Position numbers and translations under genes: made by a program. Below the pieces are notes generated by a model that ran no database searches, was not told the DNA's origin, and was given only the letters and a program-made list of their open reading frames with translations. A stretch of 64,000 nucleotides of DNA from Gammaproteobacteria bacterium (lineage in GTDB: Bacteria; Pseudomonadota; Gammaproteobacteria; SZUA-229), in NCBI GenBank assembly GCA_030148865.1, contig JASBSR010000040.1, positions 141,145 through 205,144 on the forward strand, given 5' to 3'. Shown piece by piece: positions 61,827-64,000 of this stretch; the first letter of the stretch is position 1, and each line of letters opens with the position of its first letter.

Positions 61827-63212
61827 TCATTGCATATTGTTATCTTGTGTTCGCACGGAGCCCAGGCGTAACCACAAATACCCGGAGAGGCCTGCGCACA
61901 ATGACGCCAGCAGGACAGCCGTTTTAGCCGTTACCAGTGCTTCAGGCGAATCTGCAAAACCCAGGCCGGCAATAAAGATCGACATAGTAAATCCCATTCC
62001 ACCCAGTAAGCCGATGCCAATAATATGATGCATTGTGACGCCGTCCGACAATCGTCCAAGCTTCAAATATAGTGCCAGCCAGACCATAGCACTGATACCC
62101 ACAGCTTTACCCACAACTAGCCCCAAAATAATGCCTGTACTCAGGGGTTCAGTCCACAGCGCCGGGTATGAACTCAAATCAACCGGAACTCCCGCATTCA
62201 CCAGGGCGAAAACCGGCATCACAAATAATGCTACCGGATGCTCCAACGCACGTTCCCAGCGACGCAACGGCGTCGAGGCCAGCTTTGCCGAATCCTGTAC
62301 ATGTTCAACAACTTTGTGCTGCTGATCTTCACCCAGGATAGGACGCGTAGCTTGCGCTTCAATATCTTCAAATTCATTCACCAGCTTGCGGGTACGTCTG
62401 ACAAACCATTCGGAACCACGTTTAGGTCGCGCGGGAATAGTTAATGCCACCAGAATTCCCGCGACTGTAGCATGCACACCAGAGCCCAGCATGGCGAACC
62501 AGACGATAACACCACCGATAATAAAAAATATGGGGCGGCGACAACCCAGGCGATTACATACCACCAGAGCGGCAAAAAACACAGCGGCCAGACTCAAAAA
62601 AAATAAATTAATGCTACTCGTATAAAAAATCGCAATCACCAGAATGGCCCCCAGATCATCGATAATCGCCAGCGCAGTCAGAAAAGTAATTACAGCCAGC
62701 GGAATACGGCGACCCAATAAAGCCAGGATACCCACAGCAAAGGCTGTATCTGTTGCCATGGGAATACCCCAGCCATGTGCACTAAAAGTACTCACGTTCA
62801 ACAAATAAAAAATACCGGCCGGCAATAACATTCCACCCAGGGCTGCTGCCATAACCGGCAGCGATTGCTGTGGATTCTTAAGCTCTCCCACTAGAATTTC
62901 GCGCTTAATTTCCAGACCAAGGACAAAAAAGAATAATGACATCAAACCGTCATTGACCCAGTCTCTCAAACTCATTTCGAACGACCAGGTATGCAACACA
63001 AACCCGGCGTGCATAGCAAGAATGTTTTCATACTCTGGCGCCAGTGAGGAATTGGCGATGACAACCGCTATGACTGTACAGATAATCAGCAGAATGCTGC
63101 CTGTTGTTTGATCCCGAACAAAGTCATGAAACGGTGTGAGCGCACGCTCAAAACGTGCCTCCAGGGGCCGAGGGTAGTTTCTGTTATGACTATCGTCATT
63201 TTCGCTTATCAC
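61827..63212 (-). CDS. nhaA: Na+/H+ antiporter NhaA
   Basis: 461 aa. GWGIPMATDTAFAVG, ALAIIDDLGAI and LLGGMGFTMSIFIA are NhaA signature motifs. Has an N-terminal extension and a ~50-aa cytoplasmic loop insertion relative to E. coli NhaA. Confidence 0.9.
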   Translation of the reverse strand: MISENDDSHNRNYPRPLEARFERALTPFHDFVRDQTTGSILLIICTVIAVVIANSSLAPEYENILAMHAGFVLHTWSFEMSLRDWVNDGLMSLFFFVLGLEIKREILVGELKNPQQSLPVMAAALGGMLLPAGIFYLLNVSTFSAHGWGIPMATDTAFAVGILALLGRRIPLAVITFLTALAIIDDLGAILVIAIFYTSSINLFFLSLAAVFFAALVVCNRLGCRRPIFFIIGGVIVWFAMLGSGVHATVAGILVALTIPARPKRGSEWFVRRTRKLVNEFEDIEAQATRPILGEDQQHKVVEHVQDSAKLASTPLRRWERALEHPVALFVMPVFALVNAGVPVDLSSYPALWTEPLSTGIILGLVVGKAVGISAMVWLALYLKLGRLSDGVTMHHIIGIGLLGGMGFTMSIFIAGLGFADSPEALVTAKTAVLLASLCAGLSGYLWLRLGSVRTQDNNMQ

Positions 63213-63291
63213 AATTAATTTTTAGCTTCTGTGTTCTCTAAACTAACTATGACAGATAGCCATAGCGGTGGCGGCTGAAGCCCTTTCGAAA

Positions 63292-64000
63292 CTAATCCGA
63301 CTGCACATAAACCTGTGCATAGTTGATTGCTGCCACCATAGCAACACCACCAATAGTGTTACCAATCAAAGTCGGTATAAAAAACTGCCCAAGACTGTTC
63401 ATAGGTGCTGCAATACCCGTCACTAAGGCATAGAAAACCTCCGTAGAACCCACAATAATATACGGGAATCCCGCTATACCAACAAGATATGTAATGATGA
63501 TGATAACGGTAACTCGCCCGGTATCAGCAACAGGTAACAACCAGACCATCAGTGCAATCAGCCAGCCAGCAAAACAGCTTGCAACAAAGTATTCAAGAAA
63601 CCACCTGACAAAGCATGCGTAGCAATCGATTTGAGTGCCATAATATGCTGCGCATCAACCACCGATGCGGCCGCTAGCGCGTAGGCAAATGCCAGAGTTC
63701 CCAGTCAATTAGCAACCAGCACTACAGCCCATAAACGTATCGTATTCATCAAGATAGTAAGTGTTTTTTCCTGAAAGAGCTGCAATACAGGGGTCAGCGT
63801 ATTCTCCGTGAAGAGCTGTTGCCTGCCCAGAATAACAATCAGGAAACCGACGGAATAGCCAAACTTGGAAATCAGAGGCCGCCAGGAAACATTCGGCAAG
63901 CCGGATTGCAATAATGCTTCTGCCAGAAATGAGAAGCACACTGATAATCCAGCAGCCAGCCCAGACCAGAGCAAAGCTCGGTTAGGTCGCGACAATTCCG
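63292..64000 (-). pseudogene. formate/nitrite transporter (FNT) family gene, disrupted (in-frame TGA near 63703 plus frameshift near 63560); N-terminus beyond window end
   Basis: ORF 63705-63995 ends ...LFTENTLTPV...LWAVVLVAN*. Translation continues in frame after the TGA as LGTLAFAYALAAASVVD...FLNTLLQAVLLAG, then shifts frame into ORF 63292-63549 (WLIALMVWLLPVADTG...YLVGIAGFPYIIVGSTE...TLIGNTIGGV). All segments are FNT-like (FocA/NirC). Confidence 0.55.

Overview
This 64-kb window looks like a chromosomal segment from a gammaproteobacterial sulfur oxidizer. Overall GC is roughly 50% by eye; no computation was run. Almost everything is encoded on the minus strand and it is gene dense.

The lifestyle inference rests on an aprMBA operon (membrane-anchored dissimilatory APS reductase, the AprM-type found in phototrophic and chemotrophic sulfur oxidizers). 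Siroheme synthase CysG, glutaredoxin, a DUF302 gene, a thioredoxin-fold periplasmic protein and an EgtB-EgtD ergothioneine pair fit the same theme.

Much of the rest is core housekeeping with E. coli-like synteny:
- leuS-lptE-holA-nadD-rsfS-rlmH
- lnt-corC-ybeY-ybeZ-miaB
- maf-rng-yhdP
- hda-DUF2066-purM-purN-DUF3108-yjgA
- arsC-family-wrbA-DUF2069
- glmS, proA
- three monovalent cation/proton antiporter-type genes (a CPA-family exchanger, nhaA, and an NhaR-like LysR regulator at the window edge)

Features worth a closer look:
1. An apparent five-gene minus-strand operon (thioredoxin-fold protein, TolC-family OMP, minimal HlyD-type adaptor, acylphosphatase, orphan GspE/PilB-family ATPase) with no inner-membrane transporter or platform gene.
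2. A class II ketose-bisphosphate aldolase fused to a C-terminal Dabb domain.
3. Two PEP-CTERM (exosortase substrate) genes, each with a well-spaced sigma-54 -24/-12 promoter, flanking a 0.5-kb very AT-rich region.
4. A roughly 100-bp palindromic intergenic repeat family present twice.
5. A nested direct-repeat array rich in CTGTCAT (Pho-box half-site-like) heptamers upstream of an alkaline phosphatase gene.
6. A LysR remnant lacking its DNA-binding domain.
7. A formate/nitrite transporter gene disrupted by an in-frame stop plus a frameshift at the window edge.

No rRNA, tRNA, CRISPR array, transposase or integrase could be recognised by eye.
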